Assembly: GCF_002087085.1 (NCBI RefSeq)
Contig: NZ_MWQY01000001.1
Coordinates: forward strand, 186,001-250,000
Length of the DNA stretch: 64,000 nt
Direction of reading: 5' to 3'
Shown piece by piece: positions 49,632-60,047 of this stretch (positions are counted from its first letter, which is position 1; every line of letters starts with the position of its first letter). Position numbers and translations under genes: made by a program. The notes under the pieces are model-generated. The model was not told where the DNA came from, made no database searches, and saw only the letters and a list, made by a program, of their open reading frames with translations.

Positions 49632-50892
49632 CTGATTTGATGGTTTCGAATATTGTGTCCGTCTTTACGACGCCAAGAAGCTTTCCGTTGTCATCGGTAA
49701 CCGGGATGGGATAGGGATTCGCGTTAACAATACTGAAGAGCTCCTCTATATAGCTGTCCTCCCTGACCGTCGGTACCCCGCGGATCGCTTCCGGAGGGAT
49801 TTTAGCGTTCTTCTTCTTTTCCGAGGCAAGGGGTTTGAGACGTTCTATAGTGGCGACTCCAAGGAGTCTGCGGGTTTTATCCACGACAAAGGCTGCTTCA
49901 CGTTTGTTTGACTGCAGCATATGAATCGCCGTATTCGGACCTTCCCAGGCGTAGAGAAGAACCTCCGGTTCCTGCATGATGCTCGAGGCTGTCAGGACCT
50001 TGGCAGGGGAAGCGTCCCGGACGAATTCATGGACATAATCATCCGCGGGTTCGGTTACAATCTGTTCCGGAGTCCCGATCTGTACGATGCTGCCGTCCCG
50101 CATTATTGCAATCCGGTCTCCCAGTTTAAGGGCTTCGTGAAGATCGTGGGTTACAAAGATAATCGTCTTTTTCAGTTTGTCCTGCAGTTCGACCAGTTCA
50201 TCCTGCATCTGACGCCTGATCAGGGGGTCCAGGCCGGAGAAGGGTTCATCCATTAAAAGGACGTCCGGATCGTTTGCCAGGGCCCTCGCGAGTCCGACGC
50301 GCTGCTGCATTCCGCCGCTCAAGGCCCCGGGATAGTAATCCTCCCAGCCCTTGAGCCCCACCGTTTCCAGGGACTGCATGGCCTTGGCGTAGCGTTCTCC
50401 CTTGGGGAGTCCTTTGACCTTCAGACCATAGGTCGCATTATCCAGAACGGTCATATGGGGAAAGAGTCCATAGTGCTGAAACACCATACCGTAGGTTGTC
50501 TTGCGAAAATCAAGGATCTCTTCCTTGTTCAGCTTTGTAACATCCGTGTTATTGACAATGATTGTACCGCTGGTCGGTTCATTGAGGCGTATCAGTGAAC
50601 GGATGAGGGTGGATTTTCCACTGCCCGAGAGACCCATCAGGATATAGAATTCGCCTTTGCTTACTTCCAGAGAGATATCCCTCATTCCTATGACGCAGCC
50701 GGTTTTCTCCTGGATTGCTTCCTTTGAGAGCTTTCTCATCTTCGGAGAAAGTACTCGCTTTGCATCCCGGCCGAATACCTTCCAGAGGTTTTTAACCTGA
50801 ATAAAGCCTTCATTTTCTCCGGCAGATTCTTCCGGTGCCTGCGGCTCGGGATAGTGAGCTTCGGAGCCCTCCCGGTTGTTTTGACTGGACAT
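49609..50892 (-). CDS. proV: Glycine betaine/proline ABC ATPase with CBS domains
   Basis: MGLSGSGKST, LSGGMQQRVGLARAL and DPLIRRQMQDEL. Confidence 0.93.
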   Translation of the reverse strand: MSSQNNREGSEAHYPEPQAPEESAGENEGFIQVKNLWKVFGRDAKRVLSPKMRKLSKEAIQEKTGCVIGMRDISLEVSKGEFYILMGLSGSGKSTLIRSLIRLNEPTSGTIIVNNTDVTKLNKEEILDFRKTTYGMVFQHYGLFPHMTVLDNATYGLKVKGLPKGERYAKAMQSLETVGLKGWEDYYPGALSGGMQQRVGLARALANDPDVLLMDEPFSGLDPLIRRQMQDELVELQDKLKKTIIFVTHDLHEALKLGDRIAIMRDGSIVQIGTPEQIVTEPADDYVHEFVRDASPAKVLTASSIMQEPEVLLYAWEGPNTAIHMLQSNKREAAFVVDKTRRLLGVATIERLKPLASEKKKNAKIPPEAIRGVPTVREDSYIEELFSIVNANPYPIPVTDDNGKLLGVVKTDTIFETIKSDEEDKHD

Positions 50893-50950
50893 ACAGTTTT
50901 ATCTCCTTGATCTTGTATAAAGTTCAGGACATATAATGATTATCTTTAGA

Positions 50951-50979
50951 ATACTAAATAGTAAACGTGCTTTAGTCAA
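50951..50979 (-). promoter_or_regulatory. Possible sigma70 promoter for proVW
   Basis: Minus strand TTGACT-17 nt-TAGTAT in AT-rich intergenic DNA. Confidence 0.45.
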
Positions 50980-51150
50980 GTTTTTTTGAGGAATGCGAGG
51001 CTTCATGTTGAAGTGATCATGTTTTAAAATCATATAAAGCAATTAATTATGCTGATAGTGTTCCAATTCAAACCTGAGGCGGATACTAAAATAGAGATAA
51101 CAAAGAAATTGAATTGAACTTTGTGTTGTAACTATTCTCCTGCTGTCCCC

Positions 51151-52056
51151 TTATTGTTCTCCTTTTAAAAAGGAGCCTTCCTCGAGTTCCCTGAAGGCTG
51201 TCTGCAGCTCCTCCCGGGTATTCATGACTATGGGACCGTACCAGGCGACAGGTTCTGCAAGGGGAATGCCCGATACCAGCAGAAATCGGATTCCTTTGCT
51301 GCCGGACTCAACAGTAATGCTGTCGCCGTCGGAAAAGAGCAGAAGATGCCGGTTCGCGGCCTGTTTCTCCACAAGCGTATCAGCCCAGCCGGCGCTCGAG
51401 CGGGGTACATCGAAGGGCTCCTTTTTACCGCAGAAATCTCCGCTTCCTTCGATTATGTAGGCAAAGGCATGTCGTCCCGGGGCAATGGGTATCTCCTGGA
51501 GGGTTCCGGCGGGTATTTCAATATCAAAATAGGCCGGATCAACGAACGTTCCATCCACGGGCCCCCGGCCTCCCCAGAGTTCTCCGCAGATTATTCTGGC
51601 AGAGGAACCCTCTCTGCTCGTTACCGCCGGGATATCTGCGGCCCCGTACTGCTGGTACCTGGGGGGGATCATCTTTTTTGCCCTCGGAAGATTCGCCCAG
51701 AGCTGAAAACCGTACATGCGTCCGGACTCGTCTCCCCGGGGCATCTCCTGGTGGATTATTCCGCTTCCTGCGGTCATCCATTGGACTTCCCCGGGGCCGA
51801 TGACCCCGCTGTTACCCAGGCTGTCCCGGTGCTCCACCGTGCCCGCAAGTATGTAGGTTATGGTCTCAATGCCTCTGTGGGGGTGCCAGGGAAAACCTGC
51901 TCTGTAATCGGCAGGATTATCCCCCCGAAAATCATCCAGAAGCAGGAAAGGATCATACTCTTCGGTTTTGCCGAATCCGAAGGCTCTATGCAGGTGTACG
52001 CCTGCCCCCTCGGTGGTTGGAACGGATTTACTGACAGAAACTATTCCCCTCTGCAT
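51151..52056 (-). CDS. Pirin family protein
   Basis: DPFLLLD, FPWHPHRGIETITY, QWMTAGSGIIHQE and YGPIVMNT. Confidence 0.95.
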   Translation of the reverse strand: MQRGIVSVSKSVPTTEGAGVHLHRAFGFGKTEEYDPFLLLDDFRGDNPADYRAGFPWHPHRGIETITYILAGTVEHRDSLGNSGVIGPGEVQWMTAGSGIIHQEMPRGDESGRMYGFQLWANLPRAKKMIPPRYQQYGAADIPAVTSREGSSARIICGELWGGRGPVDGTFVDPAYFDIEIPAGTLQEIPIAPGRHAFAYIIEGSGDFCGKKEPFDVPRSSAGWADTLVEKQAANRHLLLFSDGDSITVESGSKGIRFLLVSGIPLAEPVAWYGPIVMNTREELQTAFRELEEGSFLKGEQ

Positions 52057-52116
52057 TTGCGGGCCTCCCTGTATATAATCATAAGCTGCCCGCCGGACGG
52101 GTACAAGAAGAGGGAC

Positions 52117-52147
52117 AAAAAAAATGCGGGCAGATCCTGCCCGCATT
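52117..52147 (-). terminator. Rho-independent terminator
   Basis: AATGCGGGCAG-atc-CTGCCCGCATT with an A-run giving a U-tract on the minus strand. Confidence 0.8.
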
Positions 52148-52167
52148 CGAATCAGGGTGATTATCTG

Positions 52168-52947
52168 TTAACCCAGGGGTGCTCCGAAGGTTACGCCCAG
52201 GCTGAAGGCCCGGTTGTCATCCAGAGCATCGGTCATGATGGCATCCAGGGCGAACTTGAACTTCGAGAAAGCAGGTATGCTTGCCAGGTCTATCCTGATT
52301 CCGGAGTTGAATACTCCCCTGAAATTAGCATCTGCTCCGTAGGCATCGGCGGAATAGGAGAAGTTGGCGAAATCGTTGATCCAGTGAACGAAACCCTGAA
52401 AGATGTCCGGAAACAGCAGAAGATCAAAACCCATTCCAAAATCGATGGCGTCGTCCGGTGCCTCGTCGCCGAAGCTCTTGCCTACCACAACAGTGGTTTC
52501 CGCGGGCATACGGAAGAATTCCCCGGGATAGGTCGCCGCCAGGTAAATCTGGGTCAGATCGGTGTCATTCCCCGCGGTCTGGAGCATCTGATGATTTCCC
52601 CCGATGGCAACCGCAGAGGATCCTTTGATGGGAAGTTGGATTTTTCCGTGCAGAATTGTGTCCGCGTTGTCCGAATCATCCTGGGTGTCATAGGCGAAAC
52701 CGAGTTCCGCGATCTTGAAGAGGCTGATTGACGCCTTGGGAATATGAACGGTTTCTTCATCGACGATGGCGTGATACCCGAGATCGATGCCGATATCGGC
52801 GCTCCGTTCCCAGCCGATGCGTCCGGTGGGTATGCTGATAAGACCGGTAGCTCCGTTAAGGGACATTCCCTTCAAAGGTGCGGCCCAGGCAAATGTAGAC
52901 ACAAGCATCAGTATCAAAAAAAGGGTTGCAGTTTTTTTTAGTTGCAT
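52168..52947 (-). CDS. Exported putative outer-membrane protein (YjbH-like N-terminus)
   Basis: Signal peptide FAWA|A; SLNGATGLISIPT; amphipathic strands ending AFSLGVTFG. Confidence 0.65.
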   Translation of the reverse strand: MQLKKTATLFLILMLVSTFAWAAPLKGMSLNGATGLISIPTGRIGWERSADIGIDLGYHAIVDEETVHIPKASISLFKIAELGFAYDTQDDSDNADTILHGKIQLPIKGSSAVAIGGNHQMLQTAGNDTDLTQIYLAATYPGEFFRMPAETTVVVGKSFGDEAPDDAIDFGMGFDLLLFPDIFQGFVHWINDFANFSYSADAYGADANFRGVFNSGIRIDLASIPAFSKFKFALDAIMTDALDDNRAFSLGVTFGAPLG

Positions 52948-53063
52948 GGTTTTTCTCCTGTAAATATATTTTGGCTCAATAATATCACCATTCAGCATCG
53001 ATGACCAGTTCCCGGGAAAAAAGCTTTTGAAAGGGCCTGGAAGATAGTATCTTATTTATAGAT

Positions 53064-53753
53064 ATGAACTTTTTAGAAAAGATCTGGAAGGCAATAATCC
53101 AACGTTCTCTCAGTTCGGGTCCTGTGGAGGTGTGGGTTTTCCTGGTTTTGATCCTGCTTTTTATCGCTTTCCTTGTGATATCCAACAAGCGCCGTAAGAT
53201 TCGGGAAAGAGAAATACTCCACAAAGCCTACGAAACCAAATGGAACCGCTATATCGAAAAGTTCGATATTACCCCGGAGGAAGCCGAGCTCCTTACAAAG
53301 CTCGCCGGCTATTTAGGAACCCCCGAAAAACGTTATTCCCTGCTGGTGGACAGTCATGTTTTCAATGCATGCCTGCGCAAATATCTTCAGCATGAAGGCG
53401 GCCGGGACGATCTTGTTCGAAGTGTGATGTACAAGGCCGGACTCAAGCCCATCTCCGAAGAGGTGCGGGCTGTTGCCCTTACTCGCAGAAAACTGCCCCG
53501 CAGACGGGTCGATATTGAAGCGACCCTCGCTCCCCTAGGGGGTGCAAAGGAGGGGCTGACTGCCGGGATGCATGACCTCAGCTCCCACGGAGCCTGTACG
53601 GACAATCCGGAAAAGCGTTTTTCCGAAGGGGATGACCTTACTGTCAGTTTTTCATTTCAGGGAAGGCGGTATCGGAACATCGGTGCCGAGGTTATACGGG
53701 TTTCCCGGAAGGGGGAACGCCTGCACCTGAAGTTTCACCACAGGGATTCTTGA
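53064..53753 (+). CDS. Membrane-anchored PilZ-domain protein
   Basis: One TM; RRKLPR (RxxxR) and DLSSHG (DxSxxG). Confidence 0.8.
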   Translation: MNFLEKIWKAIIQRSLSSGPVEVWVFLVLILLFIAFLVISNKRRKIREREILHKAYETKWNRYIEKFDITPEEAELLTKLAGYLGTPEKRYSLLVDSHVFNACLRKYLQHEGGRDDLVRSVMYKAGLKPISEEVRAVALTRRKLPRRRVDIEATLAPLGGAKEGLTAGMHDLSSHGACTDNPEKRFSEGDDLTVSFSFQGRRYRNIGAEVIRVSRKGERLHLKFHHRDS

Positions 53754-53760
53754 ATCACCT

Positions 53761-55200
53761 TCAGGAGAGAAGATCCTTCTCAAGCTGATCGGCCCATCTT
53801 TCCAGTTCACCCACGACAACCTTTTTGCGGGGTGCCAGGGTTTTATCCTCCCGGTACGCGGCCAGCTTCTTTCGGAATTCCGGCAGCCTGACGGCTTCTG
53901 CTGCGGTGGGTATCAGTATTCTGGATGCGCAGAAGCTCTTCCACTTTTTCTTTTCATTCTCAGGCATTACCTGGGGGTAGTTTCGAAAGATATACCGCCA
54001 TAACAGTTCCGGAATTCGCGGGTCATCCCATTTTCGCTGAAGATCGGGCAGTTCCTCCGGCTTTGCCGAGTGGATCTGTTTGAATCCTTCCCTGTCGCTG
54101 TCCTTGAAAAACCCCCCTGAGTAAATCTGGAGGTCCGGGTCCCGGGAGTCGTCCTGAGGCCTTTCCACCGTGTATACCTGGCGGACCTTCTGCAACAGGT
54201 CACCGGCCCCTTTGAGGAGACGGTAATGCTTTCTACAGGTGTCCAGGTCTATTCCGAGACGCCCGGCGGAGCTGCTGTCCAGCATTTTAACCGGGGCAAT
54301 GGACGGTCCGCGATTTACATGGATTCCCTTTATATGGATTCGGTCGCCCGTGAGCTCCTGGCTCGGGGTAAAGATCTGTCTGCGTACCTCGTCGGCACTC
54401 TGTTCAATGAGAGGACCCGGGTCGTAGCGAAGATCGTAACAGAGGACGCAGTTCCCGTTGTTCGGATCCAGGGTCAGGGGCATTACCAGGGAGGTGCAGC
54501 CGGAAGGGGAGGTGAACATTCCGGAGGTATGCAGAAAAGGTGTCTGCTTGTACAGATCGATCTGCTTCCACACCTCCTGTTTTCTGCGCAGACGAAAAAG
54601 GTAACGGAACAGGCGGGGCTGTTTTTCATGGACCAGCCTGGCCATACCAATGGTAGCATATACATCGCTCAGGGCGTCGTGGGCGTGTTCATGTTCAATT
54701 CCGTTGGCCGCTGCCAGGGTTTCCAGGGTAAAGTCGGGTTTTCCATCCTCTTTGCGAACCCAGGTGATCCCCTCAGGACGCAGATCGTGGGCGGTACGGA
54801 GCAGGTCCAGGATGTCCCAGCGGGAGTTCCCGTTCTGGTACTCCCTTTCGTAGGGATCGTGGAAGTTCCTGTAGAGAAGATTCCGGATAAACTCGTCGTC
54901 GAAACGGATGGAATTATACCCGGTCACGCAGGTTCCGGGCTGGGTGAACTCTTTCAGAATCTGCCGAACAAATTCCGCTTCCGGCATACCCCTGGACTGT
55001 ACCTCCTGAGGGGTTATGCCGGTGACCATGCAGGCGGCAGGATCCGGCAGGTAATCCGGCGAGAGTCGGCAGTAATAAACCTGGGGCTGACCGACAGGTT
55101 CAAAGGAGTCGTCGGTCCTCAGCCCGGCGAACTGGGCCACGCGGTCGTAAAAAGGGTTTTTCCCGAAGGTTTCCAGATCGTACCAGTAGATGCTTGCCAT
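53761..55200 (-). CDS. sbcB: Exodeoxyribonuclease I
   Basis: WYDLETFG, QFAGLRTD, GYNSIRFDDEF, NSRWD and HAHDALSDV. Confidence 0.93.
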   Translation of the reverse strand: MASIYWYDLETFGKNPFYDRVAQFAGLRTDDSFEPVGQPQVYYCRLSPDYLPDPAACMVTGITPQEVQSRGMPEAEFVRQILKEFTQPGTCVTGYNSIRFDDEFIRNLLYRNFHDPYEREYQNGNSRWDILDLLRTAHDLRPEGITWVRKEDGKPDFTLETLAAANGIEHEHAHDALSDVYATIGMARLVHEKQPRLFRYLFRLRRKQEVWKQIDLYKQTPFLHTSGMFTSPSGCTSLVMPLTLDPNNGNCVLCYDLRYDPGPLIEQSADEVRRQIFTPSQELTGDRIHIKGIHVNRGPSIAPVKMLDSSSAGRLGIDLDTCRKHYRLLKGAGDLLQKVRQVYTVERPQDDSRDPDLQIYSGGFFKDSDREGFKQIHSAKPEELPDLQRKWDDPRIPELLWRYIFRNYPQVMPENEKKKWKSFCASRILIPTAAEAVRLPEFRKKLAAYREDKTLAPRKKVVVGELERWADQLEKDLLS

Positions 55201-55261
55201 AACCGGCAGTCTATCATGGCAGAGATCATGAAACAATTGCCCCGGAAAACGATGGCCCTCT

Positions 55262-55708
55262 TTAATCAATCACGAGAGAGGCTCCGGTGACGTAATCTTC
55301 CAGCATTTTGTTGTCGTGCTCCAGGCTTTCCAGATGGGCCTTGAGGGCGTCCCCGATGGAGACAATGCCTATAATCCGGTCTCCCTCCAGAACGGGCAGA
55401 TGGCGTATCTTGTTGTTGGTGAACACCCTCATGGCGTATTCGACTGTGTCATCCCTGTGTCCGATAATCAGGCGCGATCTGGGGGTCATGATCTTTTCCG
55501 CCGTAAGGCCCCTGGCGCATTCGGTAAAATGCCGAAGTACGTCCCGTTCCGACAGAATTCCCAGAAGCTGTTTCTCCCGGTCTACTACCAGTACCGCCCC
55601 GATATGGTGCCTGTTCATTTCTGCCACAGCTTCGGCGACGGGAGTATCTCCGGCGATGGTAATTACACCGGGAACAGCTTTGCTCTTAAGCAGGGCTTCA
55701 ATAAGCAT
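55262..55708 (-). CDS. CBS domain pair protein
   Basis: GILSERD, IRHLPV and GIVSIGD. Confidence 0.9.
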   Translation of the reverse strand: MLIEALLKSKAVPGVITIAGDTPVAEAVAEMNRHHIGAVLVVDREKQLLGILSERDVLRHFTECARGLTAEKIMTPRSRLIIGHRDDTVEYAMRVFTNNKIRHLPVLEGDRIIGIVSIGDALKAHLESLEHDNKMLEDYVTGASLVID

Positions 55709-55878
55709 ATGCTCCTCCTCGTCTCTTTTTCTTTAAGTGTACGCCCGGACTGCTGATTCTGCAATTGGATTATGCGACTTGCCTGACTGGCCATTACTTT
55801 TTTTGAAAAAGATGTTGACAGGGGGGATAAGCCGGGGCCTTCTCCTCGGCTGGAGAGTGCCCCGGCTTTTTATCGATT

Positions 55879-56220
55879 CTAGCCGATTGCCTTGTTGCCC
55901 CGTTCCCGGGTTCGAATGCGTACGCACTCGATCAGTTCGGTCACGAATATCTTGCCGTCCCCGATTTCTCCGGTATAGGCACCTTTGCAGATGGCATCGA
56001 TGGTGGTTTCCACGAAGTCTTCGTTTACCGCGATATCAAGTCGGATCTTCTTCAACAGGTTGATTTCGGTAATGGCACCGCGAAAGGTTTCAGTGTAGCC
56101 TTTCTGCTGGCCGCATCCCTGGGTCGAGGTGACGGTCATTTTATGGACATCCGCCTCGAACAGGGCCTTTTTAACGTCCTCCAGTTTCTGGGGTTTGATC
56201 ATTGCTGTTATCAGTTTCAT
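55879..56220 (-). CDS. glnK: P-II nitrogen regulator
   Basis: [20 protein letters not shown] and VRIRT; linked to amtB. Confidence 0.9.
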   Translation of the reverse strand: MKLITAMIKPQKLEDVKKALFEADVHKMTVTSTQGCGQQKGYTETFRGAITEINLLKKIRLDIAVNEDFVETTIDAICKGAYTGEIGDGKIFVTELIECVRIRTRERGNKAIG

Positions 56221-56230
56221 TCTTCCCTCC

Positions 56231-57574
56231 CTATTCGATTATCTGGAATCCGTTATACGACTCCACACCGTGTTCGCCGATATCCAGGCCCCGGTATTCT
56301 TCCATGGCACTGACCCTGAGGCCGATTGTCTTCTTCAGGACAAGGAATACGATTCCCATGCTTATAAAAACAAAGACCGCGATGGTGACGGTGCCCAGAA
56401 GCTGAATGCCGAGCTGGCTGAAACCTCCGCCGAATAAGAGTCCGTCGCCGGCGAGGCCCAGGGACTGTCGGCCGAAAAGTCCGACGGATATGGCTCCCCA
56501 CATGCCGTTGACGCCGTGTACGGGGAAAGCGCCGACGGGATCATCGATCTTCAGATCGTCGAGGCCGAGGGTTGCTACTACTACAAGAAAACCGCCGATT
56601 CCCCCGATAACGATTGCCGAGACGGGAGAGACGAAGGCGCATGGTGCGGTTATTGCGACCAGACCCGCAAGGGCGCCGTTCATTATCAGCGACAGATCGG
56701 GTTTGCCCACCTTGATCCACACGGTTATCATTGCACCGATTGCTCCCGCCGCAGCCGCGAGGTTGGTGTTTATGGCCACGAGGGCGATGAGCGAACCGTC
56801 TCCGACTCCCAGGCTCGATCCGGGGTTAAATCCGAACCATCCGAACCAGAGAATAAATACCCCCAGAGCCGCAATGGGAATATTGTGACTGCCGAGAACG
56901 TTCGGTTTGCCGTCGGAACGGTACTTTCCCGTCCGCGGTCCGAGGATGATGGTCCCCACCAGGGCTGCCACGCCGCCGGTTGTATGAACTACTGCGGAAC
57001 CTGCGAAGTCGGCAAAATTGAGTTCCGCAAGCCAGCCGCCTCCCCATACCCAGTGTCCTATAACAGGGTATACCAGGGCCGACACTATAAATGAGTAAAT
57101 AAGATAGGCGGGGAACTTCATGCGTTCCGCCATTCCTCCGGCCACAATAGTCGCCGCTGCTCCAACGAACGCCGCCTGAAACAGCCAGAAGGCGTAGAGC
57201 GGAACGTCGGCTCCGCTTTCCGCTCCTATCATGAAGAAGCCGGAAAATCCGATAAAACCGTTACCATTTCCGAACATGAGTCCATAGCCCAGGATAAAAA
57301 AGGCAATGGACGCCATGCAGAAGTCGAGGAAGTTCTTTGTCAGTATGTTGGCCGTATTCTTCGCACGGATAAAACCGGCCTCCACCATTCCAAAACCGGC
57401 CTGCATAAAAAAGACCAGAAAAGCCGCCAGCAGAACCCACACGGTATCCAGGCCCACTCTGATAGTTTCCCAGTCCTCCATGGTCTGTGCGTAGAGCGAT
57501 CCGCCTGCGCTTAGCGCCATTATCAGGAGAATAAGCAGGGCTTTGATTCTTCCATTTCCAGTTCCAATATTCAC
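56231..57574 (-). CDS. amtB: Ammonium transporter
   Basis: [26 protein letters not shown] and [10 protein letters not shown]. Confidence 0.95.
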   Translation of the reverse strand: MNIGTGNGRIKALLILLIMALSAGGSLYAQTMEDWETIRVGLDTVWVLLAAFLVFFMQAGFGMVEAGFIRAKNTANILTKNFLDFCMASIAFFILGYGLMFGNGNGFIGFSGFFMIGAESGADVPLYAFWLFQAAFVGAAATIVAGGMAERMKFPAYLIYSFIVSALVYPVIGHWVWGGGWLAELNFADFAGSAVVHTTGGVAALVGTIILGPRTGKYRSDGKPNVLGSHNIPIAALGVFILWFGWFGFNPGSSLGVGDGSLIALVAINTNLAAAAGAIGAMITVWIKVGKPDLSLIMNGALAGLVAITAPCAFVSPVSAIVIGGIGGFLVVVATLGLDDLKIDDPVGAFPVHGVNGMWGAISVGLFGRQSLGLAGDGLLFGGGFSQLGIQLLGTVTIAVFVFISMGIVFLVLKKTIGLRVSAMEEYRGLDIGEHGVESYNGFQIIE

Positions 57575-57606
57575 AATTTCCTCCAGGAGTGTGTTGACTA
57601 TAGGAA

Positions 57607-57622
57607 AGCAAGAGCTGTGCCA
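57607..57622 (-). promoter_or_regulatory. sigma54 (-24/-12) promoter of amtB-glnK
   Basis: Minus strand TGGCACAGCTCTTGCT, matching TGGCAC-N5-TTGC. Confidence 0.85.
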
Positions 57623-57844
57623 TATTGAATGATGTTCTGCGGAGCTTTCCAGGCGGCAGCAGGTATTTTGTTATCAGTGAATAAATTGACCTGTCTCACA
57701 TCGATGTCGTTTGCTGGATGTAATAATACGTAAGGGTAATATGTGTAGAAAAATACTACAAAAATGTATGTTTGCGGCGCAATATTATTCCTTCATGTAG
57801 GATGGTGACAAGGGTTGTTGCGGGTTGGAAACCGCGTGACGGAT

Positions 57845-58363
57845 TTACTTCTGCGAAAGATACCGCTGATATTCCCTGAGGAACTGAATCTGGTTGATCG
57901 TGAGGTTTGAGGAGGGGCGGGCGGAATGAACAGCCATTATGGCCCGGGCGGCGCTGCTGCCGAGCTTTATCAGGACTCCCGCAGCTACCATGGCGGTACG
58001 GCTGCATCCGGTTTTGCAGTGGATCAGTACATTTATCTTCAGCAGTTTTTCAGACAGACGGGACATGAGCTGATCGAAAACCTCTATCCCCCGGGGGGTA
58101 CCGAAATTCTCCAGGGGGAAGTGGAGTACCTCGAAGCCTGAGCGGCGGTATTCTTTTACCAGATCAGTGCCCTTGTAGTTTCCAAGAAGTTCTTCCTGGG
58201 GCAGAAGAACGGTAACGGCCCTCACTTCCAGCTTGTTCAGGTCAGCAAAAAACGACCGGAGTGTCCCGGGAAACTCCTCTTTCTGCTCGACCTTCTCCAG
58301 CGGATGGGCTGACATGATTATGGAATGCCTTCCCGCTATCTCAAGGATATCTAACTGCGCCAT
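57845..58363 (-). CDS. Dual-specificity/PTP-fold phosphatase
   Basis: VLIHCKTGCSRTA (HCX5R) and NQIQFL. Confidence 0.85.
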   Translation of the reverse strand: MAQLDILEIAGRHSIIMSAHPLEKVEQKEEFPGTLRSFFADLNKLEVRAVTVLLPQEELLGNYKGTDLVKEYRRSGFEVLHFPLENFGTPRGIEVFDQLMSRLSEKLLKINVLIHCKTGCSRTAMVAAGVLIKLGSSAARAIMAVHSARPSSNLTINQIQFLREYQRYLSQK

Positions 58364-58486
58364 GTTCAATAGTATGCGTCCATACACTGGACTTGTCAAA
58401 ACAGAACATAGAAGAAAGCCTGTTGGTAATTTTCTGCATGCTCGTGTACAATATTCACAGGTTTTTTGATGCAAGGAGTTCCGTAT

Positions 58487-59950
58487 ATGGCTGGGGATCT
58501 TCTTTCTCCCACCTCAGTGCTGCTGTTCCTGTATGCTGTATTTGTAGTCTCTCTGACGGTCCGTATTCTTCTGGATAACAAGGCTCCCGAAGTCTCCATA
58601 GCCTGGCTCCTGGCGATCTATTTTCTGCCCTACGTGGGGGCGGGTATGTACATTCTGGGGGGGATAAACTGGAAGAAACGCAAGATAATGAAGCTTCTTC
58701 CGGAAAAAACCTTTCAAACCCTTCTTGGCCCGATTCTGGAACAGCAGATGGATTTTCTCAGAAACGACTGGGACTCCATGGATAATGATATTGCCAAATC
58801 GATCAACCTTGCCCTCCGGGCCGGCAATTCCATTATAACCCTGTACAATCAGGTAAAGACATATTATGAAGGGCAGGAATTTGTAGAAGACCTGCTTTCC
58901 GATCTGGAAGGAGCGCGGGACTCCATTCACCTGGAGGTGTATATTTACAGGTCCGATGAGCTCGGCAAAAGAATCCGGGATGTCCTGCTGCGCAAGGCCG
59001 CGGAGGGGGTAAAGGTACGGCTTCTGTTTGACGGGGTGGGGTGTTTCAATAAAATGAGCTGGAAGTTCAAACGGGAACTGCGGAAATCCCCCATCGAAAC
59101 CAGATATTTTCTTGATCCCATGAATGTGCTGTCCGGAAGGCTGCTGAACTATCGTAATCATCGCAAAATTATCGTCATTGACGGGCAGGTCGGCTATACC
59201 GGCGGAATGAATATCGGGGTCGAATATATAACCGGCGGCCGGTATTTCAACAGCTGGCGGGATACCCACATTCGACTTGAGGGTGAATCGGTCCAGCTTC
59301 TGCAGGCCGTGTTCCTCTCGGACTGGTATAATTCCGGCGGAGAATTAATACAGGACCAGCGTTTTTTCCCGGAAGAGGGTCGCCGCCGGGGGTGTTCCAG
59401 TCAGCTGCCCATGCAGATTGTGTGCAGCGGCCCTGATTCGGACTGGAACAGTCTCAGAATGATGTATGCCAACCTGATCCATAACGCAAACCACCGTATC
59501 TATATTCAGAGTCCCTACTTTGTCCCTGAAGCGACCATTACCAATGCGTTGATAACCGCCGCCCTCTCCGGGGTGGAGGTCAACGTCATGATGACCGGAG
59601 TGCCGGATAAGCGGATTCCCTTCTGGGTTGCCCACACATATTTTGAGGATCTGCTGGAAGCGGGGGTGAATATATACCTCTACGAGGACGGTTTTTTTCA
59701 CTCCAAGACCCTCTGCACAGACAGTTCCATCGCTACCATCGGCAGCTGCAATCTGGATGTCCGGAGTTTTCATCTGGACTATGAGCTTAATGCCTTTTTT
59801 TATGATGTTGATATTGCCCGGCAGCTGGAAGAAAAGTTTCATTATTATATGCAATTCTGTAGAAAGATTACCGGCGAGGACGTGGAATCCATGAGCATTC
59901 CCCGAAAACTGCGGAACTCTCTCTTCCGGATGATTGCACCCCTGCTTTGA
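58487..59950 (+). CDS. cls: Cardiolipin synthase
   Basis: N-terminal TMs (AWLL...LPYVG); two HKD motifs, RNHRKIIVID and HSKTLCTD. Confidence 0.93.
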   Translation: MAGDLLSPTSVLLFLYAVFVVSLTVRILLDNKAPEVSIAWLLAIYFLPYVGAGMYILGGINWKKRKIMKLLPEKTFQTLLGPILEQQMDFLRNDWDSMDNDIAKSINLALRAGNSIITLYNQVKTYYEGQEFVEDLLSDLEGARDSIHLEVYIYRSDELGKRIRDVLLRKAAEGVKVRLLFDGVGCFNKMSWKFKRELRKSPIETRYFLDPMNVLSGRLLNYRNHRKIIVIDGQVGYTGGMNIGVEYITGGRYFNSWRDTHIRLEGESVQLLQAVFLSDWYNSGGELIQDQRFFPEEGRRRGCSSQLPMQIVCSGPDSDWNSLRMMYANLIHNANHRIYIQSPYFVPEATITNALITAALSGVEVNVMMTGVPDKRIPFWVAHTYFEDLLEAGVNIYLYEDGFFHSKTLCTDSSIATIGSCNLDVRSFHLDYELNAFFYDVDIARQLEEKFHYYMQFCRKITGEDVESMSIPRKLRNSLFRMIAPLL

Positions 59951-60047
59951 CAGACTGTATTGCAGGTAGACGTTCTCCTGCTCATTGATTTTTCCCGCTT
60001 CTTTCTCTACTATGCATTTTTAAGCATCTGCTGACAAAGGAACATAC

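Noticed and set aside
51346..52731. 461-aa plus-strand ORF
   Set aside because: Spans two minus-strand genes and their terminator; no motifs.
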